Shown: piece after piece, positions 50,001 to 61,834 of the stretch
Layout of the letters: every line of letters begins with the position of its first letter
How positions within the stretch are numbered: the stretch's first letter is position 1
Assembly: GCA_040437565.1 (NCBI GenBank)
Contig: JBDOQK010000008.1
Coordinates: 62,001-126,000, forward strand
Source of the DNA: Albugo candida
Taxonomy: Eukaryota
Length of the DNA: 64,000 nt
Direction of reading: 5' to 3'
Notes under the pieces: generated by a model
The model's database searches: none
The model's input: the letters and a program-made list of their open reading frames with translations, nothing else
Told to the model about the DNA's origin: nothing
Program-made: the position numbers and the translations under genes

Positions 50001-52824
50001 TCCGAATGCTTTGGTATCGCCGATTTTGCAAGAAGGCTCGAGCCAGAGCGTTCAGTCGAGTGACACATCGACAAAGTCGTAAGAAATTTCTTCTCGCCAA
50101 ACTCATTCGAAGCATTGCCTGCGTCCAAACGATTAGCGCATACATCTTCCGATATCTTATCCGTTGCCGAATTCCACGCTCGTACTTTTGTATCGTCGTC
50201 GCTGCATTTTCTTTGAGTGTTCGAACACGTTGATCCAATAATCGAAGTTGTCCATCGCGAAGAAATACCTTTCGATGTCCTAATTGCCAATTTTCACGCT
50301 GTAAATGCCACAGAATTCTCTCACAAAGATCCTTATCGCTGCATAAACAGCTTTGCTGGCCAAAACGACCCGTTCGTGTGAGGATCTCATAAGTCGAGTA
50401 AAACTCACGAAATAAACGCCGGACGGGGTACCCAGACCTTCGAATATGAACAGTTTCCATGACACCGAGGTAGATAAGCTGATCCAGGATCAAATTCGCA
50501 TTCCATCCCTGTGGGAACCGTAGATTGTTGGGCTTGACACATCGAATGTATGACGGGGCTGTGGCTCTGAGTTCCTGCATAAGATGAGCCATTTGATCGC
50601 GAAATTTCCGTCCGACTGTCATTGTTCCCATCATTTTATTTGAGCATTTTCGAGGTCTTCGCATTCCATGCGCATTACCGGAATTACGCGAGTGTCCCGA
50701 TTGTGATGCGATAATTGGATTTTTGCTCAAATTAACTGGAAACAATTCACGTAGAAATTCAAGTTTGGAGTTGTGGACGAGAGATATGAGATCATGATGG
50801 AGCGAGTCGTCATTCTTCTCCAAAAAGCCCGTGATCGAGTATGTCACTTTGCCAGCATAGTGCTCAATGATGAATTGATCGTTTGCAAAACGCGGTTTAG
50901 AGTAATACGAGCCAGAGTGATTCAGATGCGTCTGATGAAGCTTTTTGATGAAATTCTCGTCGCTAGCACGTCGACCGAGTAACGCTTGTTCGTCCAAAAG
51001 AGGAAGAATACCGATAGGTTTCTTATCGATCAATTCCAAACACGGCGTGTTGTCTTTGAATTCGAGTCGCGAGAAATCGATTCCTTCGTCCACGTAAACT
51101 TGCTGCTCATATACAAAGACGTGCTGGTTGAATTGCTGTTGGAGCATTTCGTTAGCATAATTGATACAAAGCTGTTCAAAAGAATTCGATTGTAGAATTT
51201 CAAAACCGAAAATATCTAAAATCCCAATGAATTTCTGATTATTTGATAATGCTACATGCTCCTCTTCAGACGTCATCGTTTGTAGCTTGGATCCATTCGT
51301 CTCCAGAAAAGCATTCGCTTGACTTGCCAGATCCTTGGTCGACTTGTTTATTTGGACCACAAGCCAGTCAAATAGCTTACTGAATACATCTTTAGCGAGT
51401 CCATTCCGGGATTTCGCAGCTTCTATTGCATTAAGTGAGATTTCAGCCACACTTCCACGAGCTCCAGCCGACATTGTTCGTTTTGTGAGAGCAAAATCCA
51501 GCTCGGACGGCTTAACTTGCAAGATTCCAGCCAGCTCTGCTACTTGCATAGGATCCTGGCAATACGCTTCAAATTTGGCGTTTTCTTTGAACGAAATGTT
51601 GCCGAGTTTGAGTACGACCGCTACCAGCGTGAAAATGGAAAAGTACGTTTCTTTCGAAATTCCAATGGTTTCCATGGCTTCTGTGACATACTTGAATTCT
51701 TTTTTGTCGTTGATTTCAGGACACTGTATACATTTTCCTTGATTCAGATAGCAGTAGTCATTGGCTGGTAGTAAACAGAGCTTTTCCTTGTCTGGAGGCG
51801 AAAGACCGGCACATAACTGATAGAAAATGTGATAATTGCGTTCAGATTCAGCACAACCGACGATTCTGGACTTTTCGAGTAGAAAGTGGGAAGTGGTCGC
51901 ACCGCTGATGGTACCATCAGAGTGGTAGAAAATCTTGATGAATTTCCCAAAACGTGAACTATTGTCGTTACGTATTGTTTTTGCATTGCCAAATGCCTCT
52001 AGAATGGGATTACTGTGCAGTACACACTGCTCCACACTTGACGTGCTCTTGTATTTTGTATTATAGTTTTTATTGGATGAAACGGTATTCCTCAAGACTG
52101 TGTTGAGTTCATTGAGGGTCGATGGATTTTCGGACTGTAAAATTGAAGATTCGAGATACGATTCACGTTTCCCATGTTCGCTTATGTTTGCCAAATACTA
52201 TACAAAAAATTAAAAAGTCGGAACGTGTAGCGTATAGTGACCTAATATACCTGCATGATATATTTCGACGCTTCAGTCTTACCGGCTCCAGACTCTCCGG
52301 AGATCAAAATTGATTGGCATTTTCCCTGTGCACAAAGCGCATGATACGCGTTATGTGCGGTCGTGTATACGTGAGGAATTGGGTGTTTAGCTCTCTCTAA
52401 GGGATCCACATCTTGGATATTGTATAGCATCGGAATGGTTTTGTAAGGATTAATGGAAATAAGGATATCGCCCGTAAATGTCTACAGAATCGGATTGAGC
52501 AAAGTTGTAAACAGGTGGTCTTCAAAAAAAGTAAATACGTGCATAGATCTTATCAGATAGATAGCGACGACGAAGCAGATCGAGAAGTGGAGCTTGATGC
52601 AAATTATCCATTTCAGATAAGTTACTGAGATCCAGTCCGTGTGTTGGATCGTAAGGATGTACTTGATCGCTGGTAAGCGTTTGTTCTTCATCTGTTCCTG
52701 AGACTACTACATGAAGGGTAGTACCTTCATCTTCTACGATTGTGCCTAATTGCCATACACTACGAGGATCTGGACACCAGACTCGCTCTCCTTCTTTTCG
52801 TATGGACCGTTTCGAAGCATCCAT
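47097..52824 (-). CDS. Heterokont-type myosin: motor + many IQ motifs + ankyrin-PH-ankyrin + AIDA-like C2 tail, multi-exon
   Basis: Motor motifs 'GESGAGKT', 'LEAFGNAKTIRNDNSSRFGK', 'LDIFGFE', 'YIRCVKPN'. A long IQ-like array follows, then ankyrin 'GNTPLHYAC' and 'GDTALHYAV', and PH 'KEGYLRKASGNRWATKRYVVV...EWMAAIR'. Confidence 0.92.
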
Positions 52825-53254
52825 CAGACTGGTCAAAATCACTTTTTTGGTGATAAGAAAAGACTAATTGACGGTAATTAACAGGGAGTTACCATCCAAA
52901 TAAATCAAGTGTGTCGGCATAAATTAAAACGCTTCTAAACACTGAACTGTAGAGATTTGTAATTGTTTCAGCTATCAATGCGTTCCACCATAACCGTGCG
53001 ACCGAATTTATAACATCTAAGTTTCCATCAACGTACATCTTCAGCGTTCATTTATAGAGTTCTTTCATGTACTTGATTTTGCAATGCGACAGTTGCCAAA
53101 AGTCATCGCTACAGTCATTGGTGAAGTCGACTTCCAGTTATCTGGTATCCAAAACATTTGGCTGTGCAGTTGGCGACGGTTGGCAAAGATCATTTAGATT
53201 CATTTCTATACACTGACGCCTGCATTGAATATCGTGCCTCTGAACCAATACGTT

Positions 53255-53271
53255 ACTCATTTCCAATTTTT
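53255..53271 (+). promoter_or_regulatory. Oomycete INR-FPR core promoter element of GST copy 1 (equivalents at 55042, 58002, 59432, 61812)
   Basis: ACTCATTTCCAATTTTT. The other copies read GCTCATTTTTGAACTTT, TCTCACTTCCAATCTTT, ACTCATTTTATAATTTT and CTCATAATCAATCT. All start about 25 nt before the ATG and resemble the consensus YCAYTYYNNAWTTY. Confidence 0.65.
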
Positions 53272-53278
53272 ACTAAAG

Positions 53279-53878
53279 ATGCCACCGTCTCTAAAATTGG
53301 TATACTTTGACCTCAAAGGACGTGCTGAGTTAGCTCGCCTTTGCTTTGCTTACGGGAAGATCCCGTTTGAAGATAAGCGACTAAGTAAAGAAGAATTTGG
53401 TGCTGTAAAACCAAAACTACCGCTCGGTCAAGTTCCAGTGCTACATATCAATGAAGTTGTCTACCCGGAAAGCGCTGCGATTGCCCGTTATGCTGCACAA
53501 TTATCGGGACTTTATCCTACTGAACCACAAGAAATAATTAAAGTGGAAGCGGTTATTGGCTCCTTTCAGGAACTCTTGGCACCGGTAACGCAAATTCGAT
53601 ACTTCAATCTAGAAGAATCAGATAAAGCTGCAAAAACGAAACAAGTGTTGGAAGTTCTTTTACCCAAGATTTTCTCATGGTGTCAAAGTATTTCAGGCGA
53701 AAAATACATTTTGGGTAATAAGATTTCTCTCGCGGATGTTGCGATTTTCGATATGGTGGAAAACTTTTTAAGTGGAGTTTCGGGTTTTGATGCATCAAAA
53801 TATGCAAAGATTGAGGGTATCAAAAATCACGTTAAAGCTGAGCCGACGATCGCGGCCTATCTGAGTAAACAAAGTTGA
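53279..53878 (+). CDS. Glutathione S-transferase (sigma-like), array copy 1
   Basis: Intronless 199 aa with 'LVYFDLKGRAELARL', 'PLGQVPVL', 'ESAAIARY', 'ISLADVAIF'. Confidence 0.93.
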   Translation: MPPSLKLVYFDLKGRAELARLCFAYGKIPFEDKRLSKEEFGAVKPKLPLGQVPVLHINEVVYPESAAIARYAAQLSGLYPTEPQEIIKVEAVIGSFQELLAPVTQIRYFNLEESDKAAKTKQVLEVLLPKIFSWCQSISGEKYILGNKISLADVAIFDMVENFLSGVSGFDASKYAKIEGIKNHVKAEPTIAAYLSKQS

Positions 53879-55066
53879 ATCAGGGCATGGCTATCATTGT
53901 CTTTTAAACGTATATTGTGTAGTCAAATATCGACTTAGCCTCAGCAGCGAACACGTTACGCCTTGTCGACGTCTGGTTAATTTTTTAGTACTACTCGATC
54001 GCGTTTGAGACTTTTCGCAACAGTATTTCTGTAATATTAATACTGCAGGATGCTTTCGTCCGCTGCTGCGATGCTCCACAAATATGTCCTGACTAGGATG
54101 CACGACTTGACCACTTGTAAGCTCAGGCTGAGGCGACTAAGCTTACAGTGGCAATGACGTGCGTGGTAAGTACCATTTGCGATCAATCCAAGCAATGTAG
54201 CTCATTATACGACAACTTGCGTCAATATGATGCGACTATTGTGCGCATTATAGACCACATGCTATGCACATCAATTTCTGTGTGGAATGAGATAGATGCC
54301 CGACTGAGCCTACAGCTTTAACTGTTACTTTATCAACTTGCTACAGTTGAAAATGTGTTGAGCGTCATCACACCCTTGATGGTGACCGTGTTCTTTGTAA
54401 TATAGAGCTAACAGTTAACTAAGCAAGCAATCTTGTAATATCCGGTTCTATCCCGATAGCGCAAGTGTTTTGGAAGGAAAATAAACGAAATCGATTCGTA
54501 AAGTGCACATTTCTTTGGCACATGATTATAGTTGAATTGGTGTTGATTCTTACATAATAGCGGGGTGCCTATGCAATTAAATTTCGAATCGAGTTAAAGA
54601 AGACATGCACCACAAGTACAGTTGAATTTGAGCCAGATGTAGATTTTATTTCAAAATCAGCCATCTCAAGTGACGTCCCGACATTCTGCGGGAGTTGAAC
54701 CTCGTAACAAATTTATCTTAGATCGTATTCTACAATAAAAATGCTTTTCACAGATGATTATTATCATTACACTTTATTACATGATAAGCGCACGTAAACA
54801 AGCGATGCGCGTACGTTAGTACATTCTTCCAATCATAATATAGTGAACCTTAGCTACTTGCGCGTAACCCCAAATTCCACGATATGCTGATTATGCAAAA
54901 ATATATCGAAAGAATCAGAAAATGTACCCAATCTAGTAAATTTGAAAGAAATCCTTCTTGATTCCTATTGGATTATGAAATACTCAACATTTATTTGTGT
55001 AAACTTTCCAGATCTTTTGCAATTTAAACTATTTCTCCAGAGCTCATTTTTGAACTTTTCGTCAAG

Positions 55067-55672
55067 ATGTCACCACAACCCAAAATCAAACTAGTTTACT
55101 TCAATATCGAAGGGCGTGGTGAAATTATCCGCCTTTGCTTTGCACATGGTAAAGTGCCTTTTGAAGACAAACGATTAAGCGGTGAAGAATTTGGCGCATT
55201 AAAACCATCACTCCCACTGGGCCAAGTTCCTGTGCTGCACGTCGATGATACTGTTTATTCGCAAAGCATGGCCATGGCCCGCTATGCTGCCAGCCTATCG
55301 GGCATCTATCCAAAGGATGCGTCGAAAGTCCTTCGAGTAGAATCAGTACTTGGATGTTACGATGAGATGGTAAGCGCCATTGTAGAGATTTTATTTCTCA
55401 TTCCAGATGAAGCAACCAAAGCAGCAAAGACGAAGGAAATGGCAGAGAAAAAAACACCCCTGGTACTTTCTTATATACAGAGTTTGGTGATTGGAAAATT
55501 TGTTTTGGGTGATGAGATCTCGATAGCGGATATAGCGATACTCTGCGTGGTGGATTATTACTTACTTGCAATTAAGGGGTTTGATATATCCAAATACCCA
55601 AAGATCGCGAGTGTCATAAGTAACGTCAAAGCCGAACCAAGTATTGCTGAATATCTTAGCAGAAAAGGCTGA
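55067..55672 (+). CDS. Glutathione S-transferase (sigma-like), array copy 2
   Basis: 'LVYFNIEGRGEIIRL', 'PLGQVPVL', 'QSMAMARY'. Confidence 0.93.
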   Translation: MSPQPKIKLVYFNIEGRGEIIRLCFAHGKVPFEDKRLSGEEFGALKPSLPLGQVPVLHVDDTVYSQSMAMARYAASLSGIYPKDASKVLRVESVLGCYDEMVSAIVEILFLIPDEATKAAKTKEMAEKKTPLVLSYIQSLVIGKFVLGDEISIADIAILCVVDYYLLAIKGFDISKYPKIASVISNVKAEPSIAEYLSRKG

Positions 55673-58026
55673 TTGTAGTCTTAGGTTACTAAGGTTAATA
55701 CAACTTTCTCAGTCATTCTCAGTAACATTTATCGTTTTGCTTCTACATTTGTTACTCATAAGATTTTAGTATGATGACTAGTACGCTATCTCTGTCTATT
55801 GTGTCCGCCACGTAAAACGTAACACAGGTAACAGAATCAAAGTTGGTCCTGAGAGAGATTTTTCGCACCACGACAATGGAGTAACTCCCTGTTAGCATGC
55901 TTAATACCAAGTTTAGCCGTATTTCATAAACTTGTTACATTATATCGAGTAATAGCCACAATGCATTTAATTCGGTTCCATGAATTTCTTATACAAGTGG
56001 TACTCCTATGATGATGCTATTATCACTATACCCGGCAATGCTATTAGAGTCATGCAATAAAACATACATGCGTACAAGCAATGCGTCCGAACCGACTGGT
56101 ATCAATTCACAAGGATTTCTGAATGCTGTGGCGTGTCATGTTGTGCTCCACATTCTTTGAGGTATACATTCAGCAAATAATGTATTGCTGATGGATGGTC
56201 TTCGTTAAACCGACACATCATTGTTCAGACAATATGAGAAAAACGTCAAAAGAGAACCTATATAATGATGCATTCTTGTTCTAGTGCTTCGTAGCTAAAG
56301 TAAGAGTATCCACACGTCACAATGAACCTTGGAGGGTTATGATCTTTGATTACTCGTCGAAACAGGGTAATATGAATTCTGCACATCTTTGAGCGCGCAT
56401 ATCACAAGTTGAGTGCCTAAGAATACGAACAGTAGTAGAATTTTCGGCCACTAGAACGTTACGGAAGTTCTGCCTCGAGACTCGATGTAAAGTTGCCTCG
56501 AACAACATGAACATTTCCATCTCAATGCCTTTGCGTCTTCGGCATCAGAGCAAGGTGAATTGCAACGAGCACACGGCTTGATACTCAACGATTAAAGCCT
56601 TGTAATAAGCTGGCTATCTACCAGTACATTATGAGATAATAGTGCCTCAAGTCTAGAGAGCTTTTGTTTTGATTGAACGCAGGAACTATATGAACATGTA
56701 CTTTTCTACAAGATCTGATTTGTGACAGCGATAATTCGGCTTCGAGAATATGAGTACCTATGTGTATGAGATGAACACACTAACTGATGCAGTCTGTATG
56801 CAAGTTTTGCAAATCTGTGATCAGGTTATCGAAAAACATTCCGTTGTACAGAGGTTCCACTCCTCTCAATCTAAATTTTTCTCAAAACGCTTTCAAGCTT
56901 CTTACAAGAAGTCACCATATAATTTTCAAGTTCAATTCGATCTTCAAGTCCTTTGCCGAAGTTATCTTCCAGAGCTTTCCATGCGGTTGAAGACTCTAAG
57001 TGTCGTTACGAATTGACATATACCAATGCAGATAGTGAAAAGAAAGCAGCAATATCAGATACGTTGGTGATACATAGAGCGCTCGCTTTAGAGTCTGCTA
57101 AGTGGTAAAAAGGTTTTGGTTGAAAAGTTTTCGATTACAGAAATTCGTTATGTCATGATTAGATACTTGGTATCAATCAAAGAAGGTGATGTATCCAGAC
57201 ATCGCAACACTCACTCAAAAACAAGCGCGTTTGATCATGACTGGAGAAGAAACACTTTCTTGCAGTGTCTGCAACGTAGTAGACGAAATGCATTTACATA
57301 CCCTACATCGACGACCGTTGCTTAAACGGTATTGACTGCGGTTCTGCAACTAGAAATGGGATGGATCCAATTATACTTCTCGATCTATCATGATATAGAA
57401 CAAGATTCCGCCTCGATAATTCATATTCTATCAAGCCTGCGCTTCTGTGTAAGGAAGTTCGTGAGAAACTGAGCCTGCACAAAACCGCGCTCTGCTTCAA
57501 TGATGCATTTTACGGTGTTTCCTCAACCAGATCAATATTATAGGATTAGTAATTGCAATTCCTTGTACATCTTAGGCGATCATGACTGACATCCTCTTCT
57601 ACGAAGCTTTGTTGAAGTTTAGGGCTATACGTATGTCGTGAAATAAGTAGATTTTGCGTCTTTATGTCTGAAATAGATCTTCTCTACAGAGTCATTAGAA
57701 ACCGCAATAATAGTGTATAAGAAACGGGTAGCCCAAAGCCCACAATTACCGAATTCGAGCTGACTGCGTCTTCAAGTCTGCAAACATTTTGGCAAATCAG
57801 GCGGGATATACCGCCAAAACCGATCCATTTTTCTTGAAGTTATGTTTCAGAAAATGAGAGCGTGGCTGAACGCTTTCGTTTCGACGTGTATCACATTCTT
57901 CCACAATACAATCGATTACGCAAATACTGATCACAATAATCAACCGGTTGAAGTAAGAAAGCATTCTAGATTTTTAGCGGTTCAAATGCTTTCAAAACCG
58001 CTCTCACTTCCAATCTTTCCTTCAAA

Positions 58027-58626
58027 ATGACTCCATCGCTCAAATTAGTTTACTTCAACCTCAAAGGCCGTGCAGAAATCATTCGACTCTGTTTTGCGTC
58101 TGGGAAAGTGCCTTTTGAAGACAAGCGAATCACCCAAGAAGAATTTGCCGCTTTGAAGCCAACACTTCCGTTTGGTCAACTTCCTGTACTGCATGTCAAT
58201 AACTTTGTTTATCCTCAAAGCATGGCAATCGTTCGCTGTGCTTCCACCTTGGCTGGAATATATCCTACTGATGCTTTCCATCTTATCAAAGTAGAGTTGA
58301 TTCTTGGTTGTTATGATGAGCTTGTGGCACCTATTGTGGAGATTATGCATTCCATTCCGGATGAAGCAGCCAAGGCAGCAAAGATCAAAGAGTTGCTAGA
58401 GGATACATGTCCCAAGATTTTTGGGTATATCCAGACTTTGATAAGCGGAAGGTTTGTATTGGGTGACACGATTTCAACTGCAGATGTTGCAATTCTCAGC
58501 ATGTTGGATCACTATTTGGTTGAGATAAAAGAGTTTGACGCTTCCAAGTACCCGGAAATACAAAGTGTCGCTGAAAATACTAAAGCCTACCCAAACATTG
58601 CTGAGTATTTGAGCAAGAACCGTTGA
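58027..58626 (+). CDS. Glutathione S-transferase (sigma-like), array copy 3
   Basis: 'LVYFNLKGRAEIIRL', 'PFGQLPVL', 'QSMAIVR'. Confidence 0.93.
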   Translation: MTPSLKLVYFNLKGRAEIIRLCFASGKVPFEDKRITQEEFAALKPTLPFGQLPVLHVNNFVYPQSMAIVRCASTLAGIYPTDAFHLIKVELILGCYDELVAPIVEIMHSIPDEAAKAAKIKELLEDTCPKIFGYIQTLISGRFVLGDTISTADVAILSMLDHYLVEIKEFDASKYPEIQSVAENTKAYPNIAEYLSKNR

Positions 58627-59456
58627 TTGCGGGGCAGAATGAAAGTTACATGGATTTGTAGTGTTTTAATAAAAATTTTGTTGTAAATCAACTTGCACCT
58701 CTCTTCAGCTGCGTAATCATAATTTCCATTATATACGTATATGAACGTACATTGCATTATCGGCTTCAAAATTCGGCAAGGTGTCACAATGACATAACAT
58801 TTACTTAATTTTGAGGAGGAAGTTCTTAGCGTAAGACAAATGTAAGCTATTTTCCCACGAGATTCTCACATGTGAGATATCATCAAGTAGCACAAAAGTA
58901 ATCTATATAGTACGGGGATTTACTTCTAGTATAGGCGCCTGTGCATGGCATACCAATAAGCATACAGAGACTTGCTTGTACGAAATATGCTCTTCGTTCA
59001 TTCATAGTATATACTGACAGATTGTTATCCCAGTGAAATCACCATCTTGAAGCAGTTCAAGTGCGACTCATCCTGAGGAGAGAAACGGGTAGAACGGGTA
59101 GACTTATCCTTTTAATGCAAAATCTTGTACATGATACAGCTACACACTTAATTCTTAGGGAGCTTTGCTTCAAAAATAATCAAAAGTCCGGCGGCAGTGG
59201 TTTTTTACCAACAGAACTGAAAAATATACTGTAATATGATTTGACTTAGCTGAGTAGCAATGGTGGACGTGTTTACGACATCGCACGAAACAATTGTTTA
59301 CGCACACACTTAATGAGATATATTCTCATCCATCAGAGGTACGTACTACATATGCATTTCTGAACGCAGTAATCAGACACTATCAGAGGGTAATCGTTCT
59401 ATAATATAGGATACAAAAATGCTTTCATCACACTCATTTTATAATTTTCTTTCAAG

Positions 59457-60056
59457 ATGGCACCATCGATCAAGCTAGTATACTTTGACAGAGAAGCCCG
59501 TGCAGAAATCATCCGAATATGCTTCGCGTTTGGTAAAGTGCCTTTTGAAGACAAACGGATTAGTAAAGAAGAATTTGCCGCTATGAAACCAACACTCCCA
59601 CTCGAACAAGTTCCTGTGCTGCACGTCGACGGTTTTATCTACTCGCAAACGATGGCGATGGTTCGCTACGCTTCCGCTTTGTCTGGAATCTATCCGATGG
59701 AGGCGCCACATGTTCTTAAAGTAGAATCGATTCTTGGTTGTTACGATGAGCTTGGAATGCACATTGTCCAGATTCTGCATTTCATTCCGGATGAAGCAGC
59801 CAAGGCAGCAAAGACAAAAGAACTAGTCGAGCATACGTGTCCTAAAGTGCTTGGGTATGTCCAGAATCTGATAAGCGGCAAATTTGTTCTGGATGGTAAA
59901 TTTTCAATCGCCGATGTGGCGATTTTCAGCATAGTGGATCACTATCTGTTTGCAATGAAAGGATTTAATGTGTCCAAATACCCAAAGATACTATCTGTCG
60001 TTGAGAATGTTAAAGCCGAACCGAACATTGCTGCGTATCTGAGCAAGAAGGTCTGA
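59457..60056 (+). CDS. Glutathione S-transferase (sigma-like), array copy 4
   Basis: 'LVYFDREARAEIIRI', 'PLEQVPVL', 'QTMAMVRY'. Confidence 0.93.
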   Translation: MAPSIKLVYFDREARAEIIRICFAFGKVPFEDKRISKEEFAAMKPTLPLEQVPVLHVDGFIYSQTMAMVRYASALSGIYPMEAPHVLKVESILGCYDELGMHIVQILHFIPDEAAKAAKTKELVEHTCPKVLGYVQNLISGKFVLDGKFSIADVAIFSIVDHYLFAMKGFNVSKYPKILSVVENVKAEPNIAAYLSKKV

Positions 60057-61585
60057 TTGTCGTGCTAGGGTAAACACGAATTTGCTTTAATAATAATGAA
60101 ATTCTCATTAAAATCAACTTGCATCTCATTCTTGATCTCTTGTCTATCTATGGGGCTACATTGCGTTACGCCAATACGCTCTTGCTTCCTTGTTCAGCAA
60201 GTACGACAGACTAGCACTTTTGAATCAATGGACAGCTGATCGAACGCGAATACAATATAATGGAAGACTGTCTACGAACAATGACTGATACATTACTCAT
60301 TCGAGATGGTAGTGCTTATGACCGACATGATCACACGAACTGGGATACCAGAAAGAGTTGAGAACAGTCAAGTATATTTTTCACTAAGACATTATGTACG
60401 TGGCTTTTGGAAACGAGCGAGAGTACACTAGCGAAGCTTTTATTTCACACGCTAGAAGTTGCCGCACTCGCACGTAGCATAATCACAACGAGAGTTGCTT
60501 ACCGTAAATGTTCAGACTGGTAAAGGTTAATGCAGCAATGCGACAGCTTANNNNNNNNNNNNNNNNNNNNNNNNNNNNNNNNNNNNNNNNNNNNNNNNNN
60601 NNNNNNNNNNNNNNNNNNNNNNNNNNNNNNNNNNNNNNNNNNNNNNNNNNGTGCTGCACGTCGACGGTTTTATCTACTCGCAAACGATGGCGATGGTTCG
60701 CTACGCTTCCGCTTTGTCTGGAATCTATCCGATGGAGGCGCCACATGTTCTTAAAGTAGAATCGATTCTTGGTTGTTACGATGAGCTTGGAATGCACATT
60801 GTCCAGATTCTGCATTTCATTCCGGATGAAGCAGCCAAGGCAGCAAAGACAAAAGAACTAGTCGAGCATACGTGTCCTAAAGTGCTTGGGTATGTCCAGA
60901 ATCTGATAAGCGGCAAATTTGTTCTGGATGGTAAATTTTCAATCGCCGATGTGGCGATTTTCAGCATAGTGGATCACTATCTGTTTGCAATGAAAGGATT
61001 TAATGTGTCCAAATACCCAAAGATACTATCTGTCGTTGAGAATGTTAAAGCCGAACCGAACATTGCTGCGTATCTGAGCAAGAAGGTCTGATTGTCGTGC
61101 TAGGGTAAACACGAATTTGCTTTAATAATAATGAAATTCTCATTAAAATCAACTTGCATCTCATTCTTGATCTCTTGTCTATCTATGGGGCTACATTGCG
61201 TTACGCCAATACGCTCTTGCTTCCTTGTTCAGCAAGTACGACAGACTAGCACTTTTGAATCAATGGACAGCTGATCGAACGCGAATACAATATAATGGAA
61301 GACTGTCTACGAACAATGACTGATACATTACTCATTCGAGATGGTAGTGCTTATGACCGACATGATCACACGAACTGGGATACCAGAAAGAGTTGAGAAC
61401 AGTCAAGTATATTTTTCACTAAGACATTATGTACGTGGCTTTTGGAAACGAGCGAGAGTACACTAGCGAAGCTTTTATTTCACACGCTAGAAGTTGCCGC
61501 ACTCGCACGTAGCATAATCACAACGAGAGTTGCTTACCGTAAATGTTCAGACTGGTAAAGGTTAATGCAGCAATGCGACAGCTTA
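59616..61585. repeat. 935-bp direct duplication flanking a 100-N gap (59616-60550 = 60651-61585), creating a partial sixth GST, probable artefact
   Basis: The copies appear identical, including the non-coding flank. The ORF ends at 60056 and 61091 are offset by 1035. Confidence 0.8.
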
Positions 61586-61834
61586 TAACACCAAATCATG
61601 GAATTCGAATTCGTATCTTTGCTTTTTCAAGCATTTTGACCAATTGGAGTGGATATCATGCGTATTTTCACGACGCTTCTACAAATTTATGGAAGATGCA
61701 TTCTCATAAACCAGCGACATGTTGAGGGTACGTGCTGCCCATGCACTGGTAAAAATACTAATCACGTGGTTCTAGACAGTTACGCTAGACAATTTTGAAT
61801 GCTTTCGTGACCTCATAATCAATCTCCCTTCAAG

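Noticed and set aside
47097-52824. Myosin with Ank-PH-Ank-C2 tail as a novel fusion
   Set aside because: To my recollection this architecture is already described for a heterokont-specific myosin class.
53900-54020. RNase P/MRP-like GAAAAGTC...TTTGACT motifs on the minus strand
   Set aside because: The P4 pairing register is wrong and the spacing is too short.
60651-61091. Apparent sixth GST gene
   Set aside because: It appears identical to copy 4, including the non-coding flank, and starts exactly at an N-gap. Most likely an unmerged contig overlap.
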